This document shows, piece after piece, positions 19,268-27,606 of a stretch of DNA of 43,042 nucleotides. Both the position numbers and the translations under genes were made by a program. How positions within the stretch are numbered: the first letter of the stretch is position 1; the number at the start of each line of letters is the position of its first letter. The stretch spans positions 1 to 43,042 of IMG/VR virus record IMGVR_UViG_3300033153_008504; one strand, 5' to 3'. The notes under the pieces were generated by a model that saw nothing but the letters and a program-made list of their open reading frames with translations, made no database searches and was not told where the DNA came from. Source of the DNA: a virus (lineage: Duplodnaviria > Caudoviricetes).

Positions 19268-20723
19268 ATTGATATAATCTTTTTTTAAATGATTTAGACC
19301 TTTCTACGGCTTTTGTAGCCATTGTTGTTGGGGTAATCCCCCAATATGCTAATAATGTGCTCATAATATCGTCATCGTGAAATCCTCTTTGAGCCCCCGC
19401 CCCCTTTTGGCGGGCTTCATCTGACCAAATAAATGTGTTTAGTTCGTCAATGGTCTCTTGGTCATATATTCTGGGAAATCCTTTTCTTAATAAATCTTGA
19501 AAGTGCGATATTAAAGCTTGTTTAGTTTGGTAATTAGTATTGAACCCGAGTTTTTCTGTTTCTCTCTTTTCTCGGTAATCCATCTGCATTCTTTTATATA
19601 TCCTTAAATCGGCTATTTGTTGGATTAACGCTGTTCCAGAAGCATTGCTCTCTGGAATAATCAGCGGTTTCTTGTATTTATAATAAAGATATTTTACTTT
19701 TTCAGCTAAACCTGGAATTGTCGTATATCCGTTAAACTTGGCAACTTTTCTTCCATCTAAACTAACAACTGATATTGATGAAGGGTCAACTGAACCCTCT
19801 GACGGGTCAACTCCCATTTGATATAAGCCCCATTTTGGCTGTTCGTAAATCTCGCATCCTTCTTCTACAGCTAATGGCGGCTTAACCAAACTTCTCATCT
19901 TTTTAATATATTCATCGGCAAACACCGCTCTGCTGGTTAAAACATCTGGTGTCCATTCCCCGTAAACATATCTCTTGATATAGTTTTCATCGTGCTGTAA
20001 TTGGTCTTCTAAATAATCATCTGGGAGATTGTCTTTGTTATCCATCATTGAACCCTGATAATAAGCTCTGTCTGTCGGCGGTTCTTTTGGAACAACCCAT
20101 TTTTCATTATAATAATTCTCTTTCTTTACAAAATAGTGGTATCCCCAATAATTAGCTGGGTTGGTGGTCATATTCCCTTGCCTAACAGGAACATTCCGCC
20201 TCATTCTGGTTCTCAATGTATTAAATACTTCGTATTCCACTTCTTCTAATTGGTCTATAAAGAACCCCCCTATGTTAATGCTCTTTAACTTCTGCTGGGC
20301 TTTCTTAATATCCGCCATATTCCCTTGTTGTAAGCTGTCTAACCCAAATAATATAATCTTTGAACCGTTATAAAAGTTAATCACAGCGTCTTTAACTCGG
20401 TGGTGATACCATTTTGCGGGCATTAAATCAAACAAATCTGGCAATATAGCCCTTTCTATGTCTTGAAGCGTCTTTCTGCCTAATACTAGGCTATTATTTG
20501 GAAAACACTTGCAGGACAGTATTAACTTAATGTAAAGAGCAAGCGATTTGCCGCAACCGTAACCGCCTGAATACAAACAAAACCTGTCTTTAAAGTTAGA
20601 AATAAACTCTCTTTGGTTTGTGGAAAACTTGTATTTCTTGCCATTAAGCTCAATTTCATCTAATTTAATCTCTCCTTTTACCAGCCCCTGCCCTAATTGT
20701 TCCCATTCGTTAGTTCGTGTCAT
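19260..20723 (-). CDS. terL: Terminase large subunit
   Basis: Walker A GGYGCGKS, Walker B FFIDQLEE, TTNP, nuclease GVDPS and HDDDIMS. Confidence 0.93.
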   Translation of the reverse strand: MTRTNEWEQLGQGLVKGEIKLDEIELNGKKYKFSTNQREFISNFKDRFCLYSGGYGCGKSLALYIKLILSCKCFPNNSLVLGRKTLQDIERAILPDLFDLMPAKWYHHRVKDAVINFYNGSKIILFGLDSLQQGNMADIKKAQQKLKSINIGGFFIDQLEEVEYEVFNTLRTRMRRNVPVRQGNMTTNPANYWGYHYFVKKENYYNEKWVVPKEPPTDRAYYQGSMMDNKDNLPDDYLEDQLQHDENYIKRYVYGEWTPDVLTSRAVFADEYIKKMRSLVKPPLAVEEGCEIYEQPKWGLYQMGVDPSEGSVDPSSISVVSLDGRKVAKFNGYTTIPGLAEKVKYLYYKYKKPLIIPESNASGTALIQQIADLRIYKRMQMDYREKRETEKLGFNTNYQTKQALISHFQDLLRKGFPRIYDQETIDELNTFIWSDEARQKGAGAQRGFHDDDIMSTLLAYWGITPTTMATKAVERSKSFKKRLYQYD

Positions 20724-21039
20724 ATTCCACGTCTTGAAATATCCATCTTGACGGTAGATGCCTTGTAATATCCAAAAGGTCTATCATTGCCTCTTCCTTG
20801 GTCTTTTTAACCTTCTTCCAGTTGGGTATCCAATATCCTTTTTCTTTTAATTCTCTTAAGGGCTTTTTATCTAAATCTTTAAATAACTGCTCTTGATTAT
20901 CTGTGACATTATCTGTGACATTTTTTCCTTTTCTAACCGAATTTTGGCGGCATTTGTCACAGCAATATAAGGCATCTTGTCTCTTACTTTCAAATCTCCC
21001 TCCGCATATTTTACACCTTTTTTCGTATATTTTCATCAT
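20710..21039 (-). CDS. Small Zn-finger protein
   Basis: CKICG...YCCDKC. Confidence 0.6.
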   Translation of the reverse strand: MMKIYEKRCKICGGRFESKRQDALYCCDKCRQNSVRKGKNVTDNVTDNQEQLFKDLDKKPLRELKEKGYWIPNWKKVKKTKEEAMIDLLDITRHLPSRWIFQDVEYDTN

Positions 21040-21197
21040 ATTTAAGTTAAAATTTAGTATGTGTAGAGGGGCTATATATACACATTTGAACCTAACTCGA
21101 CTTTGCTCCCCTCCCCCCCCTTTATATTCAAATTATGCTTATTTACGCTTATATCGCACCTTATCAGACATATATTTAAGTTATTTAAGGCAGTGTG

Positions 21198-21206
21198 TGT
21201 GGATAA
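21198..21206 (-). promoter_or_regulatory. Perfect DnaA box
   Basis: TGTGGATAA is the reverse complement of TTATCCACA. Confidence 0.55.
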
Positions 21207-21208
21207 AG

Positions 21209-21280
21209 TAAGTATATTTAAGTATATTTAAGTATATTTGGGCGTATTCAAGTATATTCAGGCGTATTATAAGTATATTA
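21209..21280. repeat. About seven imperfect AT-rich 10-bp tandem repeats
   Basis: agtatattta agtatattta agtatatttg ggcgtattca agtatattca ggcgtattat aagtatatta. Confidence 0.85.
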
Positions 21281-21429
21281 ATAGTTTATCTTTATATCTT
21301 TGTATCTTTCTTTTGGAGCCGATTTTTAAGATACTTTAACCTTGCTTTGCCTTTTTAACCGCCTTAAAAGGGATTAGAATAGCTTGTATTTTAACTCTAC
21401 CTTTATATTAGCCGATTTTAGCCGATTTC

Positions 21430-21780
21430 TTAATTATTTTTGCTTATCTTTATTATTACATCACCGGTATCTATTTCTTGGGGTTCTTGGGGTTCTAACT
21501 TATCTAACATTGTTTTAATGGCCGTGTTGCTTGCTCCTTTGTCTTTTTCTTGGCGGGCGTTTCTTGCTTGTATTTCTGCTATCTCTTCAAGGGTTATTTT
21601 GCCCGCTAAAACATCAGCATACCTTTGTTTTTGCTTTTGATATGTTTTGGTGTTTTCTATTCTGGTGCCGTGATTATTCTTTGTATTATATGCTTCTGCT
21701 TCAGCTTCCTCTTGGGTTTTGCCTTTTAACTCTCTTTCTTGAAAGTATTTTCTGATGCGCTTTTCTGTGTTTTTAATCAT
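21430..21780 (-). CDS. Putative terminase small subunit
   Basis: 116 aa helical protein upstream of terL; the call is mainly positional. Confidence 0.5.
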   Translation of the reverse strand: MIKNTEKRIRKYFQERELKGKTQEEAEAEAYNTKNNHGTRIENTKTYQKQKQRYADVLAGKITLEEIAEIQARNARQEKDKGASNTAIKTMLDKLEPQEPQEIDTGDVIIKISKNN

Positions 21781-21807
21781 AAAAAAACCCTGTCTCCTTA
21801 TGCAGGG
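21781..21807 (-). terminator. Terminator-like hairpin plus U7 directly abutting the start codon of 21430..21780
   Basis: ccctgc-ataaggag-acaggg-ttttttt-ATG on the - strand. Confidence 0.55.
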
Positions 21808-21847
21808 ATATGTTAGAGTTTATTTTAAAACCAATTGCCATTACATA

Positions 21848-21876
21848 TACATAGCATAGGTAATTTTAATTGTCAA
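21848..21876 (-). promoter_or_regulatory. Sigma70-type promoter facing the packaging/structural operon
   Basis: TTGACA-N17(..tatgc)-TATGTA. Confidence 0.55.
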
Positions 21877-21894
21877 TAGGATAGCCGTTTTTAG

Positions 21895-21903
21895 TTATCC
21901 ACA
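21895..21903 (+). promoter_or_regulatory. Perfect DnaA box between divergent promoters
   Basis: TTATCCACA. Confidence 0.55.
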
Positions 21904-21912
21904 TCTTTACTA

Positions 21913-21941
21913 TTGACATTGATGTTGGCTTTTGCTATAAT
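21913..21941 (+). promoter_or_regulatory. Consensus sigma70 promoter with extended -10
   Basis: TTGACA-N17-TATAAT, TG preceding the -10. Confidence 0.85.
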
Positions 21942-21947
21942 TTAATT

Positions 21948-22190
21948 AGAGGATAATCTTTTTTCCTCATTCAGCACATTATACATTCCTTTGTTTCGTG
22001 GTATAAGGTCGTGGACTTATAAGTATATTTTAAGCCCGCAAGGGTATTTTTTTATAGGTTAACTCTTTTAAGAGATATTTAACCGCCAAAACTCCTTGCT
22101 ATTATATACTCCTTTGTTCCCGCCATTCGTTAGGACCACGAAACTAACGGACAACGGACAGAGGAGTGTATAATGGCTGGGAGTTTATTA
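21948..22190 (+). ncRNA. Putative structured sRNA/leader RNA
   Basis: Hairpins at 21949-21968 and 22002-22021, ccc-gcaa-ggg plus U tract near 22035-22053, long hairpin 22089-22186; 21993-22002 is complementary to 22135-22144. Confidence 0.55.
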
Positions 22191-22210
22191 GTTTAACCAA
22201 TAACAATACT

Positions 22211-22324
22211 ATGGAAACAAAATATATGAGAGAGTTAAGAGATAAAAAAGAGCAAAACCTGCGGTCAATAGGATTTGCTCTATTCCTGATTATGGTTGTT
22301 TTAGGTGTAATGCTTGCTCTTTAA
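22211..22324 (+). CDS. 37-aa peptide with a C-terminal transmembrane helix (not in ORF track)
   Basis: METKYMRELRDKKEQNLRSIGFALFLIMVVLGVMLAL*, downstream of the + strand promoter. Confidence 0.6.
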   Translation: METKYMRELRDKKEQNLRSIGFALFLIMVVLGVMLAL

Positions 22325-22374
22325 TTGCGTCTATTGTATTAAAGAGGTATTTTGCCTTCAATAAAGATAATCTT

Positions 22375-22596
22375 TTACCAGCTCTGTGAAATATCAGGGC
22401 TGTTTTTTTCTTTAATAATCATCTGCTCTTTACACTTTTTACAATAATAAGTTCCCCAAACTCCAAATAATTCTTTTGTTATTCTATGATAGGGTTTGCC
22501 TTGTTTGCTTTCAATTAACTCGCCACCACATTCAGGACAAGTTATTTTTTGTTTTCTACTATTTCTCGCCATATTTCTATTATTTTTAAAAGCCAT
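22375..22596 (-). CDS. Small zinc-ribbon protein
   Basis: CPECGG...YYCKKC. Confidence 0.55.
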   Translation of the reverse strand: MAFKNNRNMARNSRKQKITCPECGGELIESKQGKPYHRITKELFGVWGTYYCKKCKEQMIIKEKNSPDISQSW

Positions 22597-22650
22597 TTTT
22601 CAAACTCCTGTTGACATTTATTACATAGATACATTTTAATTATCTTGTAG

Positions 22651-22962
22651 TCAATCTCTGCTCCCTTCTTCTTGTGGCATTTTTCGCAGTTTGTTAAAGA
22701 GTTTTTCATTATATTTTTTATAGTTTCTTTCTATTTCGCTATGGCATTTAGCACATACGAGTATAGTTTGATTAAAGTCGGTTAAGAGATGTTGTTGTTT
22801 GATATACCAATCTCTTTTGTGGCGGTGGTGAAAACTCATAGCAAATATTCCCATACAACCCTCTAATCTTGCTTCACAGCTTGTTATTCCTTTTTTGAGA
22901 TAGATTGGTTCTAATGCTTCGTTTATTTCTTTACTGCTTAATTTAGCTTTTTTTGATTTCAT
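22651..22962 (-). CDS. Small HNH-type nuclease-like protein
   Basis: CEARLEGC...HHRHKR...VCAKCH. Confidence 0.65.
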   Translation of the reverse strand: MKSKKAKLSSKEINEALEPIYLKKGITSCEARLEGCMGIFAMSFHHRHKRDWYIKQQHLLTDFNQTILVCAKCHSEIERNYKKYNEKLFNKLRKMPQEEGSRD

Positions 22963-23039
22963 CTATTTTTTCTTTTAATGATTTAATTGCTTCTTTTTTG
23001 GCCCGTTTTTTAGCTTGTTTATCTTCTTTGTTCATAGGC

Positions 23040-23438
23040 TCATCCTTTCAACCACAATATCTTTATTCTCTCACTATTTTTAATTTCCCAAATATCACTT
23101 ATTTCCCTTGCCTTCCCTTCTTTTACCTTTTTCCTTGCTTTATTTTCTGCTTTTTCAATATTTTCTGCTACAACAGTGGTGATAGTGTCATCTTCTAAAG
23201 AGCCTTGCCCATCAAATTTAAATATATATTCTTTCATAACCATCTCTTTTATTTTTTCTTTTTCTTTCACTTTCTTTAATAGGTCTTGTTTTTGCTGGTC
23301 TAATTTAGAGAGCCAGAAATCGGCTATTAAATCTAAATCTGGATTTACATAAATAGTTTCATATCCCAAATGTTTTGCCTTTACAAATTCATCATTATCA
23401 TACTTCTCTCTAAACTCTTTTATTATCTCTTTATTCAT
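23040..23438 (-). CDS. Hypothetical protein, 'MNKEIIKEFRE...FWLSKL' paralogue family
   Basis: Motifs shared with the neighbouring ORFs. Confidence 0.65.
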   Translation of the reverse strand: MNKEIIKEFREKYDNDEFVKAKHLGYETIYVNPDLDLIADFWLSKLDQQKQDLLKKVKEKEKIKEMVMKEYIFKFDGQGSLEDDTITTVVAENIEKAENKARKKVKEGKAREISDIWEIKNSERIKILWLKG

Positions 23439-23742
23439 AGTTATTTAATAAATCAAGAATTTCTTTGTTCCTTTCATCATAGCCATCTGCCCTACCTCTA
23501 TTATACTCACTTCCTTGTCCTGTAAAACAAGAGATGTTGTTTCTTATTTTCCATTGTATCTTCTCTCTTTCTTCTTGGCGGGCTTGGTCTAATTTAGAGA
23601 GCCAGAAGTTTTCTGTTGCTAAATAATAATCAGCTAATTGACATTGAGAACATCTTGTATCTCCAATTAGTCCTGTTTCTTCACATCTCCCACACTTTCC
23701 AAACCTCTCTCTAAACTCTTTTATTATTTTTTCTTTGCTCAT
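23431..23742 (-). CDS. Hypothetical protein, same paralogue family, with a Cys-rich insert
   Basis: MSKEKIIKEFRERF-(CGRC..CSQC)-FWLSKLDQ. Confidence 0.65.
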   Translation of the reverse strand: MSKEKIIKEFRERFGKCGRCEETGLIGDTRCSQCQLADYYLATENFWLSKLDQARQEEREKIQWKIRNNISCFTGQGSEYNRGRADGYDERNKEILDLLNNYE

Positions 23743-23753
23743 ACTATTTTAGT

Positions 23754-23999
23754 TTAAAAGGTTTTTAATCGTTCAATAAGCTTGTCGATATACCAACAAT
23801 CATTTCCTCCCTCGTCTGTAAAAGTTCCTTCTTGATTTTGTTGGACTTCCTTTATTATCTTCTCTAATAATTCTTGTTTTTGGGCTTGTAATTTAGAGAG
23901 CCAGAAGGTTTCTATTCTATCCAGCCGAGAACCATAAAGCGGGTCATTAAAATCAGGAAACCTCTCTCTAAACTCTTTTATTATTTTTTCTTTATTCAT
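23754..23999 (-). CDS. Hypothetical protein, same paralogue family
   Basis: MNKEKIIKEFRERF...FWLSKLQAQKQELLEK. Confidence 0.65.
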   Translation of the reverse strand: MNKEKIIKEFRERFPDFNDPLYGSRLDRIETFWLSKLQAQKQELLEKIIKEVQQNQEGTFTDEGGNDCWYIDKLIERLKTF

Positions 24000-24077
24000 A
24001 TCTTATTTATTAAGGGCTGGCTTTATGCGAAAGAGCCATTTAAAATACGACCGCTTTGTATTCACCCTTTTTTTATA

Positions 24078-24332
24078 TTATTTTAATAATTGTTTAATAT
24101 CTTCTAATGCTTGATTAACTAAGTCAGCTAAATCACTATCACTCCATTTTTCGCCACAATCACATATACAAACATCAAGTTCTAATTTAAATCTTTCTAA
24201 CAATTTCTTTTCCTTCTCTAATAGGTCTTGCTTTTGGGATTGGAGAATAGGAATAAGCACTCGTTCAAATAATTCAGCGTCTTTACGAGGATATTTCTTG
24301 TATAGGTCTTTTATTATTTCTTTTTTATTCAT
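24078..24332 (-). CDS. Hypothetical protein, diverged member of the same family
   Basis: MNKKEIIKD...QSQKQDLLEK. Confidence 0.6.
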   Translation of the reverse strand: MNKKEIIKDLYKKYPRKDAELFERVLIPILQSQKQDLLEKEKKLLERFKLELDVCICDCGEKWSDSDLADLVNQALEDIKQLLK

Positions 24333-24344
24333 AGATTTATATTA

Positions 24345-24557
24345 TTATTGGTTTTCTAAAAATTTAACTATTAAATCATCTCTATGTCCACACTTTTCGT
24401 TCCAACTTCGCATATAGCCACTTCCACACTGTCTAAACTCGCCACGCCAAACATTTTCTTTACCTTCAAACATTTTCAAAACTTTCTCTTCAAAATCATT
24501 TTCGGGTGTTAAAATTAACCATTGTTCTTTTTCTCTTGTAAGTATTTGAGATTTCAT
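24345..24557 (-). CDS. Hypothetical protein
   Basis: 70 aa ORF in the early-gene run. Confidence 0.55.
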   Translation of the reverse strand: MKSQILTREKEQWLILTPENDFEEKVLKMFEGKENVWRGEFRQCGSGYMRSWNEKCGHRDDLIVKFLENQ

Positions 24558-24601
24558 ATTATTTATATTATTAGTTGATTACTTCTTCTTTATTCATAGT
24601 T

Positions 24602-24763
24602 TTATTTTTTAGTTTTCTTATCTAACCATTTCCAAAAATTCCAAGCGGTTTTATCAAACTTTCCGTCTTTATTATATTCAGCAATAAAATCGGCTAATTC
24701 ATTTAAAGAAAATTTAATTCTATCCCTATATTTAGTTAGTTTATTCTCTTTTTCTTTATTCAT
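24602..24763 (-). CDS. Small hypothetical protein (53 aa, not in ORF track)
   Basis: MNKEKENKLTKYRDRIKFSLNELADFIAEY...WNFWKWLDKKTKK*. Confidence 0.5.
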   Translation of the reverse strand: MNKEKENKLTKYRDRIKFSLNELADFIAEYNKDGKFDKTAWNFWKWLDKKTKK

Positions 24764-24775
24764 TTGTTTCTCACC

Positions 24776-24805
24776 TATGATACACTAAAATATTAGTGTA
24801 TCATA
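24776..24805. repeat. Perfect 13-bp inverted repeat with a 4-nt spacer
   Basis: tatgatacactaa-aata-ttagtgtatcata. Confidence 0.8.
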
Positions 24806-24829
24806 TTTCTATATTTATGAGATACTAAA

Positions 24830-25216
24830 TTAGCCGAAGATACCCGATTTGCCCATTTTTTCAATCTGTTCTTCATCATCTTTGCCGAATACTCTTTCAA
24901 ATTGGTCGTTATCTTTTTTATTTAGATTGCTTTTAAACCGCTGGAATGAAGACATCTTTTCATATCGCTTGGCGTCTGCTTCTTGTTCTGGTTTAAACTC
25001 TTCTTCTTTAAGTATTTCTCTAACTGACCTTTCTATGCCCGCAAAGTCCTTAAAGAAGCTCATTAGTTGGTTTTTAGTGGCATAAATCTTAAAACCATAA
25101 AACTCTTCTCCAAACTTCCAATAGGCATTAGCTCGGTTGTATCTGGCTTCTGGGTGTTTTCTAAATACCAGACGCCATTTTTCTTCTTTGCTCATTTTAT
25201 ATGAGTAGAAAGCCAT
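24830..25216 (-). CDS. Hypothetical protein
   Basis: 128 aa ORF (start may be MSKEEK). Confidence 0.6.
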   Translation of the reverse strand: MAFYSYKMSKEEKWRLVFRKHPEARYNRANAYWKFGEEFYGFKIYATKNQLMSFFKDFAGIERSVREILKEEEFKPEQEADAKRYEKMSSFQRFKSNLNKKDNDQFERVFGKDDEEQIEKMGKSGIFG

Positions 25217-25446
25217 TGACCCATTGCGTCAATCCTTTCGTTTAAATCCTTGAAACCTTTTTGTAATTCATCTAATATAATAGCATTGCCATTTCCAGCT
25301 GAAGGCATTGATGTTTGAACTTTGGGTGGGTGGTTCTTATAATTCGGGCAAGACATAAATGCTTGATATGGCTTACCTGTTTTTTTTGATATTCCAGGCG
25401 GGCGAAGAACCATTTCTTCCCCGCATATAGGACATTTTTTATTCAT
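25192..25446 (-). CDS. Zinc-ribbon protein
   Basis: CPICG.EM..R...KKTGKPYQAFMSCPNY. Confidence 0.65.
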   Translation of the reverse strand: MNKKCPICGEEMVLRPPGISKKTGKPYQAFMSCPNYKNHPPKVQTSMPSAGNGNAIILDELQKGFKDLNERIDAMGQWLSTHIK

Positions 25447-25497
25447 ACTATTTTAATAAGTTAGGGTTTTGATAGATATTGATAATTATTGGTCATA

Positions 25498-26691
25498 TTA
25501 TGTTTCTACTTTTAATGTTTGATATTCCTCAATAGATATGTGGTGTTTCCAAGCCATACATTCATCGGCATTTTTGTTTTTCCCGATTTTTGGGTCTATC
25601 CCAGACATATATTCTCTGCCTGTGCTTGGGTCTTGATACTTTAAAAAATAAGCGGGGATATTAAACACATCTTCTACTAACCATAATTCATTGCCTCTTT
25701 GGGATTTATCTAATAATTTGCCTTTTTCCTTTAAGAACTGATTAGGCGGGCAATAATTCATCGCTTGGGTTCTTTGGTCTATGTCTTCTATTTCCATTAC
25801 TTCTTTAAATGACATTTTTCTACTAACTACTTTTTCCCATAAGTCCTTTGGAAATTTTATCCCGTTTAAAAAATATATCCCCGTATTATCTTTCCATTTT
25901 ACTGCTGGATAGTGTTCAGAGTGTAAATTGCCGTTATTCCAACTACATTGGGGTTTTTCGCATACAAATACTACATTACCGCTAAATAGACAAATTGGGA
26001 GATTTAATAAAATATCAAAGTATTGTTGTAATTTGTCCTCATCAAACTTAACTCCAACATACTTTCCATAATCATACCAGCCAGCATAATCATACAAAAA
26101 ATAAGAAACATAGCTACAAAGCTGGCTGTAAAGCTGGGTATCAAGCTGGCTGTAAAGCTGGGCATCAAGCTGGCTGCGAAGCTGGGCATCAAGCTGGATA
26201 TCAAGCTGGGTATCAAGCTGGTTGCGAAGCTGGGCATCAAGCTGGATATCAAGCTGGGTATCAAGCTGGCTATCAAGCTGGTTGCGAAGCTGGGTATCAA
26301 GCTGGGCATAAAGCTGGTTACAAAGCTGGCTGTAAAGCTGGGTATCAAGCTGGCTGTAAAGCTGGGCATCAAGCTGGCTGCGAAGCTGGTTGCGAAGCTG
26401 GGCATCAAGCTGGATATCAAGCTGGGTATCAAGCTGGCTGCGAAGCTGGCTACAAAGCTGGGTATCAAGCTGGGTATTACATTTCAACTTCTTTCCGTTG
26501 GTAGCAACCTTAATCAAATCAATAGTATTTTGTAAGCTTTCTCCTATAATTACTATTTTATCTTCTTTAAAAACTTTCTTAACTATTTTTTTAACCCGAC
26601 TTCTATCTATTGGTTTAGAAGCCAAATCTACCCATTTTTGGACATAAACGGGGATTTGGGCTTCTTGTTCTGGGGTTAACTTAGTAATCAT
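25498..26691 (-). CDS. DUF6745-like protein with an internal QLxx tetrapeptide repeat
   Basis: MITKLTPEQEAQIP N-terminus; 'CEKP...GNLHSE..PAVKWKD..GIYFLNGI' domain; 'DPSTGREY' C-terminus. Confidence 0.7.
   Translation of the reverse strand: MITKLTPEQEAQIPVYVQKWVDLASKPIDRSRVKKIVKKVFKEDKIVIIGESLQNTIDLIKVATNGKKLKCNTQLDTQLCSQLRSQLDTQLDIQLDAQLRNQLRSQLDAQLYSQLDTQLYSQLCNQLYAQLDTQLRNQLDSQLDTQLDIQLDAQLRNQLDTQLDIQLDAQLRSQLDAQLYSQLDTQLYSQLCSYVSYFLYDYAGWYDYGKYVGVKFDEDKLQQYFDILLNLPICLFSGNVVFVCEKPQCSWNNGNLHSEHYPAVKWKDNTGIYFLNGIKFPKDLWEKVVSRKMSFKEVMEIEDIDQRTQAMNYCPPNQFLKEKGKLLDKSQRGNELWLVEDVFNIPAYFLKYQDPSTGREYMSGIDPKIGKNKNADECMAWKHHISIEEYQTLKVET
26117..26478. repeat. About 30 tandem 12-bp units (aagctgg + 5 variable nt)
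   Basis: aagctgggtatc / aagctgggcatc / aagctggctgta / aagctggttgcg ... Confidence 0.95.
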
Positions 26692-26693
26692 AT

Positions 26694-27038
26694 TTAATCT
26701 ACCACACGCTTTGCCTTTTTTGCAAAATAATCATATTCCTGCTCGTGGCTTATAAAGTAAAGACCTTTTTCAATAGTAATTGGCTTATGTTCTTGGTGGG
26801 TTAATTGAGTAGGTTCTTTTAATTGAAGATGTTTATTGCCCGAATTGTCTTCTAAAATATCAAATTGGTCTTCTCTTCCCTTTACAAGCTTGTGATGATG
26901 GCCCGTTGCTTCCCCATAAGCCAAAATAGGGTTGTTTATCTTTTTTAAGTTTTTTGGCAGTTCGGTTATTTCTCTGATGAGAATATCCCCCTGCCTGTAT
27001 ATTTTTTTATCGGTCATTATATTGTGAGCAATATTCAT
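26694..27038 (-). CDS. 'RQGD...GEATGHHH' protein, the usual partner of DUF6745-like genes (start probably MTDKK at 27017)
   Basis: YRQGDILI, LAYGEATGHHH, LTHQEH, QEYD motifs. Confidence 0.7.
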   Translation of the reverse strand: MNIAHNIMTDKKIYRQGDILIREITELPKNLKKINNPILAYGEATGHHHKLVKGREDQFDILEDNSGNKHLQLKEPTQLTHQEHKPITIEKGLYFISHEQEYDYFAKKAKRVVD

Positions 27039-27176
27039 CCCATAGTTCTTGGGCTGTTCTCTGCTCTTTATCTTTATTTATTAAGTGCCCGCAAGTTTCT
27101 GCGAACTCGTCCATCGTTTCGCAGTTTTGGAGGCATTCTTCTATATCTATAAATTGTTTATCTTTTTTATTCATAA

Positions 27177-27587
27177 TTAAAAGGGCTCATTTTTTCTATC
27201 CGTGTCAATATCTTCATCTAATTCTTCTGTTTCCATTTGGAGTTGATTATTTATTTCATTTACTTCGCCGTCTTTTATTTCTTCATTTAATTGTTGGTTA
27301 GCATTCATTTTTTGGGCGAATTCTTTATTAGCACTTTCAGCTTGGTCCGTGGATATTGTTCTATCTAATAACGACCTTTTTTTATCTTCGGCTATTTCCC
27401 ATAAAGCATCTATCCACTTTTTAATGTGTTCTATATTCTTTTTATCGGCGGGATAGCCATTAGATACTAATTGAGAAGCATCGTGGAAATAGCCACCAAT
27501 TCTGATTGGGATTTCTCTCTTATATCTGATTTCGTCCCATTCTGCCTCTGTTTTTTTAGAATAGTTGTTGTCTTTTTTATATGCCAT
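27177..27587 (-). CDS. Hypothetical protein with an acidic tail ending in PF
   Basis: 136 aa; C-terminal acidic ...NEPF recalls SSB-type tails. Confidence 0.55.
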   Translation of the reverse strand: MAYKKDNNYSKKTEAEWDEIRYKREIPIRIGGYFHDASQLVSNGYPADKKNIEHIKKWIDALWEIAEDKKRSLLDRTISTDQAESANKEFAQKMNANQQLNEEIKDGEVNEINNQLQMETEELDEDIDTDRKNEPF

Positions 27588-27606
27588 AATTTTATTTAGG
27601 TGGCGT

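Noticed and set aside
26117-26478. Possible CRISPR array or DGR variable region
   Set aside because: Units are contiguous 12-mers without unique spacers and lie in frame within a protein; no cas or reverse transcriptase gene is recognisable.
26004-26647. Alternative-frame ORFs 26004..26468 (-) and 26390..26647 (+)
   Set aside because: They are open only because the 12-bp repeat lacks stops in those frames.
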